From Raillietiella orientalis (taxonomy: Eukaryota), in the NCBI GenBank assembly GCA_036172245.1, contig JAYWIR010000010.1:1364001-1428000 (forward strand): a stretch of DNA of 64,000 nucleotides, read 5' to 3'. Under the pieces are notes generated by a model. It did not search any database. It was not told the origin of the DNA and worked only from the letters and a program-made list of their open reading frames with translations. Of this stretch, positions 25,374 to 38,322 are shown piece after piece. Numbering within the stretch: position 1 is the stretch's first letter; every line of letters starts with the position of its first letter. The position numbers were made by a program, and so were the translations under genes.

Positions 25374-26836
25374 ATGTATCCTAAAGTAGCATTTGGAAAT
25401 AATGCAAACTCAAGTTGGAATTGGTCACTACAAGATATTGAAGCTCTCAGGATCACATGGATGTACAGACTATTTTTAAATTGCTTAGGATATGCTAGTG
25501 TTTTCATTTTGGGGTACCTTATTTTAAAGTTATTTGACAAATACCACATCTTTCAAAAATCATGTAAGTTAAGTTATACCCATAAACTGACACTGAATAC
25601 TGTTTGTATAGCTCGATTCCCTAGAATTCATCACTGCATTTATGGAAGCACTGAAAATTGTCCAGTTCCTGACCAAAATTCTCTTAAGAAGGGAACTTCT
25701 AGAGAGTTTACAAGCAGAAGGCATAAACTGTTTCTGCTTGCATATTGCTTTTGTGGTCTGCAAGTAACTTATGTGACATGGGGAATTCTTCAGGAAAAAA
25801 TTATGACTCAGGTATGAGCAACAACAGCAAAAATGCATATTTCAATCTACAGGAGTACGCAGCCATGGACACTCCTACCAAGAAGTTCACCACTTCTCAG
25901 TTTCTAGTGCTTGTAAACAGAGTCTTTGCATGCTTTCTTGGACTTCTGCATGTACTGCTATCACCTACTTCAACACAATCACCACCTTTCCAGTATTATT
26001 CCTGGTGTTCCTTATCCAATGTGTTAAGTTCGTGGTGCCAATATGAAGCCCTCAAGTATGTCAGTTTTCCCACACAGGTATTTATGCTTATTCAAATAAC
26101 TTCTCATAAGCTTTACAGGTACTTGCCAAAGCTTGCAAAATCATTCCAACAATGGTCATGGGAACAGTGGTATCAGGTATCTGTTACCCACTTCATGATT
26201 ACCTCACGGCAGGTGGTATCTCTCTTGGAATGGCTCTTTTTCTGTGGGGTAGCCAGGATATGCACAGTGAAAATGTCAGCACTACTGCCTCAGGATTATT
26301 ACTGCTATGTGCATATTTGTTATTTGACAGTTTCACAGCAAATTGGCAGAGCAAAATTTTCTCTCATTATAATGTAACTCCTGCATACATGATGGCAGGT
26401 GTCAATGCTTTTTCAATATTGCTTACAGTTGTCTCCTTGCTGCAGCAAAGTCAGCTGGCTGCTTCTGTAGAACTGTTGTTCAAGGTATGCTGATAGGGTT
26501 TTTGCATCATTCATTTGAAAGCTGCCTTATTTTAGAGTCCCCAGTTTATGTGGGATTGCTTATTGCTGTCCATTTGTTCTGCCCTGGGCCAAATAATGCT
26601 CTTTTATACTATTAAGAAATTCGGTGCCGTCACTTTCATCATCATGGTAACCATACGTCAGGTCAGTGCAACTTGCATGCATACATAATAACCAGATGGC
26701 GGTTTAGGGGTTTTCAGTTGTGTTTTCCTGTATCATATATCATCACCCCATCTCTTCTTTAGGAATTTTGGGAGTTTGTCTGGTTTTTAGTGCAATGTTC
26801 ATGCGTATATACTGGCATCACTGGAGAAAACAATGA
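25374..26836 (+). CDS. SLC35B2: PAPS transporter 1 (SLC35B2 / slalom), 6 exons, about 411 aa; start codon uncertain
   Basis: Exons 25374-25563, 25612-25811, 25853-26077, 26119-26484, 26536-26661, 26708-26836 (1236 nt, GT-AG introns of 48, 41, 41, 51 and 46 nt). Motifs: [87 protein letters not shown]. Confidence 0.93.
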
Positions 26837-27179
26837 TTCAGCACCTTGTAACAAACACATATATATATGTAATGAACCAACTTTTACCCACATGGCCAAT
26901 TTATATAATGGAATATTTTACGAGATTTTAATGCAATGTAATTTTTTAAATTTAAATGCTTACATTTATTATGCACCATGAAAGCAAATATCACGACAGT
27001 TGTGGTGCCACTTGTTAATACATGATAATCCTTTATGAATTACATCATTATATAGTTCAATTTCTTTTGAGAAAAGCTAAAGTTCTTGAATTCAATTTGC
27101 AGATAGTAAACACACAACCAAACTATTCAGTTTCCTTACCAGGAGGCATTTGCTAAATGTCGATAATCCAAATTCGTTG

Positions 27180-27587
27180 TCAAACGTGTTTCCGATTTTT
27201 GATAGTATTAATTACTTGAAGAGTTCCAATAAACAACTCGCTGCTTTGAAAGCCTAGCAATACGGCACCAGTGATGACTTCAAGTCTTAGAACATAAGTT
27301 TGCCACAAAATAAAATACACTGCATTCAACAAACCAGGCAACGTTAGAAATAATGCAATACCCAAAAGAACTGGATTTTCCACAACGTTTCCTTTTTCTG
27401 CCAGCAATGTTCTTTCTAGTTCGATGCAAGTTAAAAGCAATAAGAGCACGAATTCTATAATTATGTTATAGAACGGGTAAACAAGTTGTGCTACTTTGTG
27501 GAACATTAAAAACACTTCCAAACTCAAAAAAAGCAGCAAATACCATTTATTAAAATAGAACAACACTTGCAACAGTAATGATGGCAT
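27180..27587 (-). CDS. TMEM216: TMEM216-family (Transmemb_17) ciliary transition-zone membrane protein, intronless, 135 aa
   Basis: MPSLLLQVLFYFN...LVYP...E...R..L..KGN...YFILWQTYVLRLE, with four hydrophobic segments, is typical of TMEM216/TMEM80/TMEM17. ATG at 27587. Confidence 0.85.
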   Translation of the reverse strand: MPSLLLQVLFYFNKWYLLLFLSLEVFLMFHKVAQLVYPFYNIIIEFVLLLLLTCIELERTLLAEKGNVVENPVLLGIALFLTLPGLLNAVYFILWQTYVLRLEVITGAVLLGFQSSELFIGTLQVINTIKNRKHV

Positions 27588-28086
27588 AATTATTTGATAC
27601 AACGCGTGAAAGTACAAAAGTTCGCGAGGACCACGCGAGGTGCCCAACTTTGCCAACGTTTTTTCCCAACTCGTTGAAGAAGGAACACGCAAGCACGGGA
27701 ATCCGGTTTTGCCTGGGATTTTTTTTTTTTTTTTTTTCGTTGCAATGCACACGTGAGGATGCTGCAATCCTCTTCACACCCGGATCTGATTTTGCTCTTT
27801 CGAGTGCCCTTTATAAGTTTCTGCGGTTTCTAAAAATTTCGTGTTCAGCCGAGACCAAGCCGGCTGCAGCAGCAGCGTGTACTACACGACAACACGCTAC
27901 TAAAAGACACTTGGGTTATGCTTTTCGGGTCGGTTTAATCCTGGCCAATGCAAGAGAGAGAGAATGCTATCGCAATGTATCACCTACGTGTTCAGTGTGC
28001 AAAAAATGTCTGAGTACTCTCTTGTGTTTTTTTGTTACGTCCTTTGCAAAAGCAACATCGTGTGAATATCCGTACACGGCCATGAC

Positions 28087-31000
28087 ATGGAAAATCCCGA
28101 AATTTCCTTGCTGTCTCAACAGGATTCCGTTCCAACAACCTGGTTGGCAGCAAGCAGATTCCGTCATTTCCTATGCTGTAGCCGTATAAGGAATCCATGC
28201 GGTCTTGCATGGTATTTTCTTTATCTTCATATCTGTCGATAAGCGGAAGTCTTATGAGCAAAATATGTGTAACCATTTTGCCTCGCTGATGGTGAGGAAA
28301 AGGCCATGGCAGCCTTGCATGGTATGAAGACAGAACAGTTTTCGGCGATTTCAGTCTGTCTTGCAAAATTGAAAATCAGCATAAAACTAACGGTTTGGTC
28401 TCTCAAAATTCACCTGCTACTGTTTTCGGGATGTTTTGAAAACTCTAACGGGCAGAATACTTTTGGACCAAACAGTGTAACTGACTGCTCGGTTGTGCGC
28501 GTGAGTACATGCATTCTTTCTGCTGTTTTCTAGTTTTAAGTGAAATCAGCATCACTGTCTTCGGTATAGAAAGAGTGAAGGATCATATACGATAGGATAG
28601 GAATGAATGTGAATGTCATATCCATTGATATCTACACCTCATGCATCTCCAGAAATAAGAATGCAAGTATCTCTATCCACAAGATAGTTCTCGTGTCTAT
28701 CTGTCCATAAACACTGCTTCTAAGTCTGAAAAGCAATTGCAGGTGCATTTTGAGAAATCAATGCCCTTTTATGTTGCCAACATTGAAGTGTTCTTCGATA
28801 TTTCTCACTTGTGATTATATTCAAGTGGAAGCCTAGCTTTCAATGTTTACAAATCCATACATTCTTCCATTATCGTAGGTAAATTACACCTCATGTAATA
28901 TCACCTTCACGAATTGTCTTCCAATGATTTAGTCGTGAATATCACTCCTTCGATGCATCGATTGCATGCCACTGAGAATAAAAAGAAGTTCTTCGTTCAA
29001 TGCACAATAAAAAATGGAAAGTAATCGAGAGCACATGTATCGACTAGAAAATAGCCTGATAGATATAGTCTGAACGACTGAATGATAGCAGTGTCTTCGT
29101 TCTCATGGATACGAAAACAAAACACCCATGTACGATCATCTCTATTATGCTATTATTTTTCCTTTATGGAGTGCTCATTTGGGAGAACCCTTCTGATCAT
29201 ATTAGCAATATGCTTTCTCATGTGCACGAGAATAGTAACTTTTTTTTCTTCCATTTCACTTAGTCATGACTATATCATTCTGTTTTTTATTCGTTCGTTG
29301 TTTTTGTCTATTTTGGCACTCTGCTATAAATATTTCGGTTTCCTGATTCCAGTGAATTCGCCATTTCTGTTTCTTCGTATTTAAAGCTGATGCCTACTTG
29401 TCGCTACTTGTTTATGCCATCTCCCACTTTGATATCAGTTTGTTTATTATTCTTCATATGACATTGATTATCCAATTGATCTATTCTTTCTCCCCTTTTC
29501 ATCTTTCTGCTATTTTTTTGTTCAAGTACATAAGTTAAGGTCTAAGCATTTTAAGATGTTGGCAATGCAGTAAGTCCTCATGCTTAGACGTATGGAAAAG
29601 AGCTCAGTTCCCCCCCCCCCCCCCAAAACGCATTTAATACATCAAACTCAAAATCTACTGAAATACATTCGTACTTGCCCCTTTTCCTGAAGGGATCCAT
29701 CCAGATTTCACAAACCTAGAAGACGAATTGAGTATGGTACCATAATAAATGCACATTGCCCTAATAAATAGTAATCAGATCATTACGGGAGGCTGTCCAG
29801 AATTGCAAACATGCTTACATCAATACAATCTATTGTATCATTTTATGTTGCAATAATGAATATTGTAACATAGCTGAAACTCTCAGTGGTTTTACGGATC
29901 CAATTCTTTAGAATGTATAACGAGATCTCTGCTTGAACCAGCTGATAGAACCTTTATAGATAAGGTCAAGTCATGGAACAGAAATGTTCATGATAACAAG
30001 TCTTTAAGTTGGCTTTAGCTTTGCTTCAAAGTAGTCTTCAAAGTCTTCAAAGTAGTGAGTATAGTATTGTTTTCCAGTCTCTTTGCCCAAAGAGAAACAT
30101 CAGTATCCTACATTGAAAAAGTACATCTATTTTAAATGATGCCCACAATTGACAGATTGTTTAAAAGTATATTACAATTACTTTCTCAAAATTTTCGAAA
30201 AGATTCTCTAGAAGATTCAAGAATATGATCATCTTCTGAAAACTGGGGAGAAAAAAATATAATGTAGTATTGTGTAATGTATAAACTGGGATTTGCATCT
30301 CCAGATGTTAAGTAGTTTCTCTCTTAAATCGTCTTATTTTTCTAGGTTAGTTAGTTGCGAAGAATTATTCAAGGGAGTGAAAATAGGAATGACTGCGTTG
30401 AGCAACTTTGTATTGACAATGTGTGGTCATCCGACGTTCATCTATTTTTCAGATTAAAACCCTGTGAACATTGCAATCAATCTATTAGAGCCTGATTAAT
30501 GTGCCGATGATAATCTCTCTAGTGTGAAGCATGAACACAACATTGTTTCCTCGTTTACTAACATAAATGGAAAATGCATTGAGAATTTCCATGGATTGCA
30601 ATCGCACACTCTAATTATCAAGTTAAAATGTTTTGAGCAAAGGCCGGAAACTTTCAATTTTTCTATCAGTTTGAGTTTGGTTCTGCAAAAATTCAAATAT
30701 AATCCTTGCTTGGATTCAAATCTTTGATTAAAATTCGAAGTACTTTTACCAAAGCAAGTGCACTTCGATAAGTCACCTAGTTTTTTCAGCACCTCAGATT
30801 GCACATATAAAATAATGCATCCATTTTTTCCTTTATGCTTTTGAATATTTTGGCTGTATGATAGCATCTACGTAGCCTAGATACCAATAGAATTTCAAAC
30901 AGATGGAAAACTTCAAGGTCCATAATGAATTAAAGCTTGGTTATGTGTTTTTGATTCGTATTAGAGAGCCATGAATTAAAAGATAGACGTCTGAAAGTTG

Positions 31001-31931
31001 CTGCTTGGATTTAACATGTTTCAGGTGATTAAATCCCTGTATACTTTACAACCAAAATGTTTTTGAATACAGAAGTCGCTTAATCTGAATTCAGTTTCAT
31101 TCTACTGGCGAAGGGGTGGACATATATCCAAGGAAATTTCTTTGAAATGTTTGCAAAACAGGGATTTTTTAAAATGAAATTTTCGTATGCATATCGTCGC
31201 TGAATTGCTGCAGAATTGTCATAGGTAACAGTGGAGATTTTGTATCGGGGTCGGTGCCAGATTTGCTATCCTATGGCGCAGGCGGTGGCAAAAAAGTATA
31301 CATCAACACATTGCAACTTTGTAAGTATTTGAGCACATCATGATTTAATTTGATACGTGGTTATTAGATCGTTATTAAGTTTTATGTGAGCCGCGATTAC
31401 AACTTGAATGTTTTTATATGACTAGTGGAAACTTATTTTCACAGACCATTATAAGCACTTACGTGCCTGGAAAATTGTGCACGTGTGTGTGTTAATTGTG
31501 CACGTGTGTGTGTTAACTCAAGTAATTTCTTTTAAAAAGAAATTACTTGAGTGACAGAAAGTCATTTTCAAATTTTTGTTAGGTAAGAACAGAAAGTATG
31601 TATCTATACACATACAGTATGTATAAATATATGTACGTGCAGATATCTACTCACATACAAGCATATCTTTACATCTGTATTTGTTTGAGTATGTATGTTG
31701 CATATACATTTGTGTGTACTCTGTGCGGTCTTATTTACAAAGTTTTTGACATTATGAGAATGGTCAGACTTTATTTACAAGACCTAAAGCTAAGGGAAAA
31801 TGTTGAGGAGCACTGTGAAATTCAGTGCTTGCGATGGTTTTCCTACATTTGTTGCCTTGTTAATATATGTATGCACTCTAAGATTGTTTATTTCCAGGTA
31901 TGGCAGTCAGATAACCAAGAATCAGCTATAA
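28087..31931 (+). other. Candidate unidentified multi-exon gene (or decayed gene), head-to-head with TMEM216
   Basis: Phase-compatible exon-like blocks 31225-31320 (ends at gtaagt), 31782-31836 and 31898-31931 give ...NSGDFVSGSVPDLLSYGAGGGKKVYINTLQLYLKLRENVEEHCEIQCLRWYGSQITKNQL*. Further AG/GT-bounded blocks occur near 28.1-28.5, 29.7, 29.9, 30.1 and 30.35 kb but cannot be joined confidently. No family recognised. Confidence 0.3.
31473..31552. repeat. 21-nt tandem duplication followed by a 37-nt near-perfect palindrome
   Basis: aattgtgcacgtgtgtgtgtt occurs twice (31473-31514), then actcaagtaatttctttt-a-aaaagaaattacttgagt (31516-31552). Confidence 0.9.
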
Positions 31932-34900
31932 ATTTTTATTTAAGGTGGTCATTGGATAAATTTCTAATAGAAAAGTGAATGCACATTGAAGAGGCATGAA
32001 ATCTTGCTGATGGAGAGTACTCAAAAATCACGAAGTTCGAGCTGATTTTTTTTGTTGGTAGATAAACTGTAACTAAAATAAGAATGGAAGCAGACATATT
32101 GTTCATCAGTTGACTCTGCCTTTTAATGAGCTTTCATGTTTTTGAAGATTCATGCATGCATGTTGCTGGTTTATTCTTTTACGGAAATATAAATCACTTA
32201 GTGTATGTGATGTTTTGAATTTATTGAATAATGTTCAAGATAATTTTGTAATTTTAAATGGTGAAGAAGAGGGATTCTGAGAAGAATGTATAAATCAAGT
32301 ATTTTGTTGGGAATATGCAAGCACATAATAACCATGATTTAATAAGGAAACCCTTTGCTGTATGTTTATCGAATTGTTAATTGACTAGCTTTTTATGTTG
32401 TGTTTTTTAAATAGTTGCTATTTTTAATATGGCATAAAGATCTAGCAGATGAAATATCTTTTAAATAGTTTTTTAGGTACACATTCATGGAATAAAGCAT
32501 GATGGATGAATATCCATCATGGTTTATTCCATGCAAAGGAGTTTATGCCGTTTTTTTTTTTTTGGTTTGCATCTGTTCTTGAGATAAAGGTCTTAATTGA
32601 ATGGTTTTATTGTTTTAGTTCTTTCTCATTCATGAAAATGAGTACTGATCTGTGAAACGGAAATTGTTTGTTGCATGAAAAATGGCTGTGTTGGAAAATG
32701 CATATTTTCAACTTGAGATGGATTCAAACTGATATCATTCAATATTTCATGCACAATATTTGTCAGACATGAGTTTAACTTATTTTAAACACTGTAACGA
32801 TTTTATTAATGCATGGATAAATTTCCGCGACCCGTAATGTTTGTTAGCTGTAATGTTCCTTAGGTGATAGATGTAATCCAAAGTTCAATGCCCGAGAGAG
32901 CTTCTGAAACTTTCTAAGCTGTATGCATCACCCGAAAATAAGAAGACTTTGCACACCGGCAGCATCCTGATCGAGAGCAGGACAGATGGATAATTTATTG
33001 CTAGTTGAAAATATAAGAACGATTTAAATCGAAAAAGGGGCGAAGCATCAAAGAAATCAGATTGAGATAACAAGAATGAGTGACAGGGTTAGCGTTAATT
33101 TTCGTGGATTTGGAGGACATCTTGATGAATGAATGCCTTATTCTTTTATCGAATTTTGTGATCCAAAATACGTCAGAAATCTTCGAAAGATGTGGATGGT
33201 TTTCCATGAGTTTCATTCATGTCTTTTGTATAGTTCCTTGTGAGGTCGGCTGCTCTCGAATACTGAAAGACTGGGTTGATCAAGCATCTGTATATCATTA
33301 GAATATCTACATACTACTGCGATTTGGAGTTTTTTCAGCACACCATCAAGCAAACTTGCGAATGATTATAAATGCACTTTGCTTCAATGGTTTCACGGAA
33401 TTTTCCCTGTTGGCCATTGCTGAAGATGTTTTCACAGCATTCCTGCTCCAAATAAAAATAGGGAGTTAAAGGCATAGAAGCAAGCAGTCTACAGATTCTG
33501 GAGCAAGTCAAACACAAGGTTTTGTGATGTTCCATTTTTGATCAAAGCAATGTGGTGAATTCAAGGAAGTGTTTCTTCTTTCATACAACAATTCGAGAAT
33601 GACAAAAAAGTGATCCTAAGAAGCCGATCTTGACGCTGCATTTGTGAAACCAATTCTCATCAATGTATTCAGAAGGTCAGTGATACCATGTGCAGAAAGT
33701 GGGATAAAAACGGAACAATAATGGCTTCTCGAGTGGATGCAATTGAAGAATATGCTGCTGCCTAAGCGTTTTGCATCCTAAGCTCCTGTTCTGGAGAAGA
33801 AGAAGAAGAAGAAAAAATTGCTGTTTTTACCCTCAGATGCGAGTGCGAATTTTTTTTTTTTAGGGGGTAACAGAGAATTACGACGAATTATTCATCGTAT
33901 GCTTTTGTGAATAAGTGGCTCGTGCCCGCTACCAGGAGAAGCACAGAATTCACCTGCATGCATCTTCATTTTTCCAAGATGCTTACGTGTTCCTGATCAG
34001 AATTCGAATCGCCGATCAGGATGAATTCACGTAATGTACACTTGGCAGCTATTAAAGGCATCCGAGATACCGTAAAGTACTCGTTACGTGAAATGCAGGA
34101 TCTCGTAATCTTGATTCTGAATTCGGGCTGGGCAATGGTATCATTTTTTCCTTTGCATCACAGTCCGGTAGTGTCCAGCGATAAATAGAGCACCGATTTG
34201 CAGCGATCTATGACTTGTGCATATTGCTCTGCCACAAACCGTAACTTTTACCCCGCAATTACTCAAAGATTAACAAATAAGGAAAAGTGTGATTAAACTG
34301 GTCAAGGTAGCATTGCAAACACTGATTTTAGTGTTACAGTGACCAGCTGGCGATTGCTTCGAAGGAAATGGTTCTTTTAACCAAACTGCATAGCCCATAT
34401 TACACAGCAGGCATGCCGGTTTACACAGCATCCCGAAGATGGGGAGAGTCAGGATAGCGTCGTATCGTCAGGATTACACCTGTGACTTACGCACTTTTTT
34501 TCTTTTTCTTTTTAATCTTTCCGATCACAATAACCAGCGCCAGTTTCGAATTCCATGTTTTTTTGCAAGACAAAAAATCTCATAAGTACCGACATGTACG
34601 AGGAGTTTTTCATCACCTGGCTGTGGTGTTATTTTCGAATGCAAATTCATCTGCATTTGTTGTATAACGTTGCGTCATTAAGGGTTATCGCTGAACGTTT
34701 CCTTAGTACCATTACCGTGTTTTGTTAGGCAGTTTCAAGTGAATTGACATGAACTTTTACTTTTAATGACTGATAAAAGCTTAAATAACCTAAAAAGGCT
34801 ATATATATTTTTTTCATTTGCTTCCTTAACACACGTGGTCTCACACTCCTTCAAGTTACTATACCAGTTAACTTCGTATGGTGCCACATCTTGTAAAGGT

Positions 34901-35914
34901 CATAAAATTGGGCACTAAACTTCATTCTCTTTACTATATAGATATCTAATGTTCAATGTAAGAATTCGTTAGGGTCTTCATCAGTTTTAGTAAGATCAAG
35001 CAATCAAATACGAAGGGGCAGATGCGGAATGTACATCATTAGCAGCGACGCTTTGCTTGCGAGAATTGATTTCTAAGGAAGCAGCAACTCCAGGTAGTAC
35101 CCGTCAGTGGTCGAGTTTTTAATGATATATTGCTTGAAGGTATCCCGATCGAATAAACTGAAGTAATCTCCGATCCATGAGATTTCAAAACGGACATTTG
35201 GTAAGTTTGCGCGCGCTTGTTACCTACAACGGGTATAGGTCGGAAAAACTTTCGCTACGCTGTGGACTGCTTCCTCACGCCTAATAGGTGACCACTCCCT
35301 TCGAAAATATAGAAAGACATTAAGGGACTAAACCACAAACAGCTCCGAGTAACCTACTGTTGCAGTTCATTTGTTTTCACCGGTCGTTTCAGCATCACTC
35401 CTTTGCTATGATCCCTCATGCGAGAAAAGGAATCTGAGGAGTTTCCATGAAACCAGAAAGTCAGTTTGTTGGTGTTTGCTCATTCGCACGTCCCTTCTCT
35501 CTTGAAATCTTGTTTTGATTCCTCAACAGACCTACCCTATTTAAGTCTGGAACCTCTCGGAACGTATCACCAAACTGTGGTGACTTTTGACATTTGAAAC
35601 TTTGATCAAAGTGCGCTTTTTTCCGTTTTTTCGATCTCCAGCCCTTTTTTCATCCTAACCTTCCTCGTTCCTTTTTAGGGACTGTCCTCTACGGTTCGAA
35701 TGGTGAGCGCAGCACACGCTCCAATCCGAAGAATGTCAGTATCTTTCAGGTTGGTGTTCCCATTCAGAGATGTGAGAGCTCAGTTGAAAATGCTCAAAAG
35801 AAACACATTCTTTATTAATCGTCTCGTTGCACGATTCCTGAAACCTTGATCTTTACCCCCTTAATCCTCAAAAGAATTGCGACACGATTGGTGGGGGCTG
35901 TGCAAACACGAACA

Positions 35915-38160
35915 TCAAAAAGTGTATTCAAGCGAGCGAAGATTGCGAAATAAGATTCCATGTTGTAGAAGAGCTTTCCTTTCATTCGTCTTGACATTTT
36001 TCGGCAAAAGGAACGCTTTAGTATCCCCTTCGTTTTCCGGTGGGAAGTCGACGTCATCTATCGAAGGAATCCCTTGAAGAACAGCACCGTGGGTCGCACC
36101 TCCTTCGAATGGCCTGGATCTCTGCTGCAAAATACAAGCTTTGATTTTATGGAAACCCAACTGGTATTTCAGCACCTTCGGTTCTGGGGCTTTGATCCGC
36201 AGCAGCGCCTCCAGTTCTTTGTCGAAATCAATTCCTCGAGAACGCAACACAGATTCCGGAGCGCTCTCCTTCACCACTCTCACAGTTTCGTGCTGCTGCT
36301 GTTGCTGTTTGTGTTGTCTCTGAGTCTTTTGTTGAGTAGATAGGACTGGTTGGTTGAGAAGAAGACGCAGTTGCTGGTCGAAATCAAAACCCAGGCCGGT
36401 TAGCGTTGGGTGTCGCTCAGAACCAACATTTGATGGAAACGCATCTCTCTTTCTAGCTTCACGATCTACTGGAGGGGCTGCTAGGTGAAACTGTTCGTCT
36501 CCCGAAAATGCGGCAAAGTTGCTGCTATCTTTTGGAGGAATACTTTTTCTCAACCCTCGTCGTTCCTGTCCTGAAATAGGCTCTGGACGAACAGGAAAAT
36601 TGCTGGTTCCTCTAGAAGTTTCCTGTTTCTCTGCTGCGTGATCACAGTGGTTTCCCGTGCTATAGGTGAACCTCCTGCTCATGCCATCCGGATCTACGTA
36701 TCCGTAAACACCTCTGACGATACAGTCTGCACCTCTCGTTTCTTCTCGGAAACTTCCATCTGCACCGACGTATCCGAATGTGAAAGATCCGTCGGAGTTC
36801 TCAAAGCTAAACATCTTAATCTCTTGGTTTGTGTCCGAGAAATGCCCAGGAGGATCCCCTGTCTTAGTAGCTTCATTCTTGCCAATTGGGGCGCGGTGTA
36901 GCTTAGGTTTTCGGGTGCTGGAAGATCTCAAGACCAGGTCGCTTCCTCGCTGGTTTCTCTGCGGCACCTGCGTGCCTATCTCTTCTGGATTGCGAACTCT
37001 GGTTTCTCGTTGACGTTCCTTGCTTTTTCTTTCGAAAAAAAAAAGAAAGAAAGGAAAGAAATAGAAGATGCTGATTTACGCGGAAACTCTCAATGATTTT
37101 ACGAGGTACCTGGGAGTAGAGTCGTGCTGCTTCCTGATGAAGTCATCGAAGGAGCTTTCTTCCCTGAACTTAGATCTCGAGAAATTAGTGTTTGTCCAGG
37201 AATTCTGGAAGGATTTCGCCGTATCTTTGGTGATAAGAACTTTTGGAATTTCCAGGGTTTCCTTTAACGGAGCAAAGACGGGATCATTCGATTGCTTCTT
37301 CCCTTTCGCCATTCCTATCCTCTGTGAGGGAGGAGGGCTTACGACGGAGGTGACGACAGGTTTCAGCTCGACCCTTTCCAGTTCTCGTGGAGGTTCAACG
37401 AGTTTGACGACAAATTTGCTCTCCTTGTGATCGTCAACCAGCGGAGAGCTGCTGAAGGCAAACTCTTGGACGTCTGTCTTAGATGCTTCCGGTGGAGCCT
37501 TCTTCAAGTGTGGATTTGTATCGTTGCCTGGGAAACCGGAATCAGCGGTCACTTCCTCTCTTTGTTTCTTCCTAAAGAAGTCTGGCAGCGGAAAGCGAAC
37601 CCTGTCCACAGAGTTCTTCCTGGAATGCGGAGTCCTGACGGTAGCATTTTCCTTCTTCCTGTAAGATTTGTTCTTCTTGTATTTCCTAGCCAATGCAGGA
37701 TCATGCGATGACTGCAGTCTTTTCCTGCTGATGTCCTTGCTAAGGAGGACCACGGGAGGATCTGGCGTTGGGCTTTGGGAGGTGGCTTTCCTCAGGAAGG
37801 GCAAGCTGCGAATGGGTGACTTCGGATGAAGCATCGCGTCTGTCACTCTGGGCTGGATAGTCGTGGGCGTTGCTGCTGCTACGAACGGGCATCAGTTTCC
37901 CCTCTCTGTTTCTCACTGTCCCATTTCTAGAGGGCTCGAAACTTACTTTGCTCGTATTTCCTCTTCAGGGGTCTGAATTTGGGTCGGAAGGTTTTGGGCT
38001 TGGGAGGGATGGGAGTCGTGATTGTCCAGACCTGGCTGGAACGGAATTTGCGATTCACATCTTTGTTGGAGTTCTTGCGAAGACTCAAAAGCTGCCTGAG
38101 TTCGTCATCCTCTTCGAAAATCCTTTGCTGCTGTGTAGGTAACCACCATAGCATCAGAAT
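35915..38160 (-). CDS. Cuticular protein with Rebers-Riddiford chitin-binding domain (Cpr97Ea-like); first exon uncertain
   Basis: NSDGSFTFGYVGADGSFREETRGADCIVRGVYGYVDPDGMSRRFTYSTGNHCD at about 36640-36800. Upstream exons 38160-37947 and 37878 to about 37100 join in phase (68-nt intron). A probable in-frame 51-nt intron lies near 36126-36176. A possible ATG|gtaatc first exon is at 39301-39299. Confidence 0.85.
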
Positions 38161-38288
38161 CTGGAAAAAGAAAGGGGTTTCGAACCAAAGAAAAATATTA
38201 CTTTCTCGTTCGAAAAGGCGGCATTCGAAAAGACGGCATTTGAAAGGTTTCACGTACTCTTGAACTCTCTCTTCAAAGTTCTTTTCAG

Positions 38289-38322
<34 letters not shown>

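Noticed and set aside
38210..38248. Three 15-nt tandem units (ttcgaaaagrcggca) as a CRISPR-like array
   Set aside because: No spacers, very short, and in a eukaryotic intron context; a simple minisatellite.
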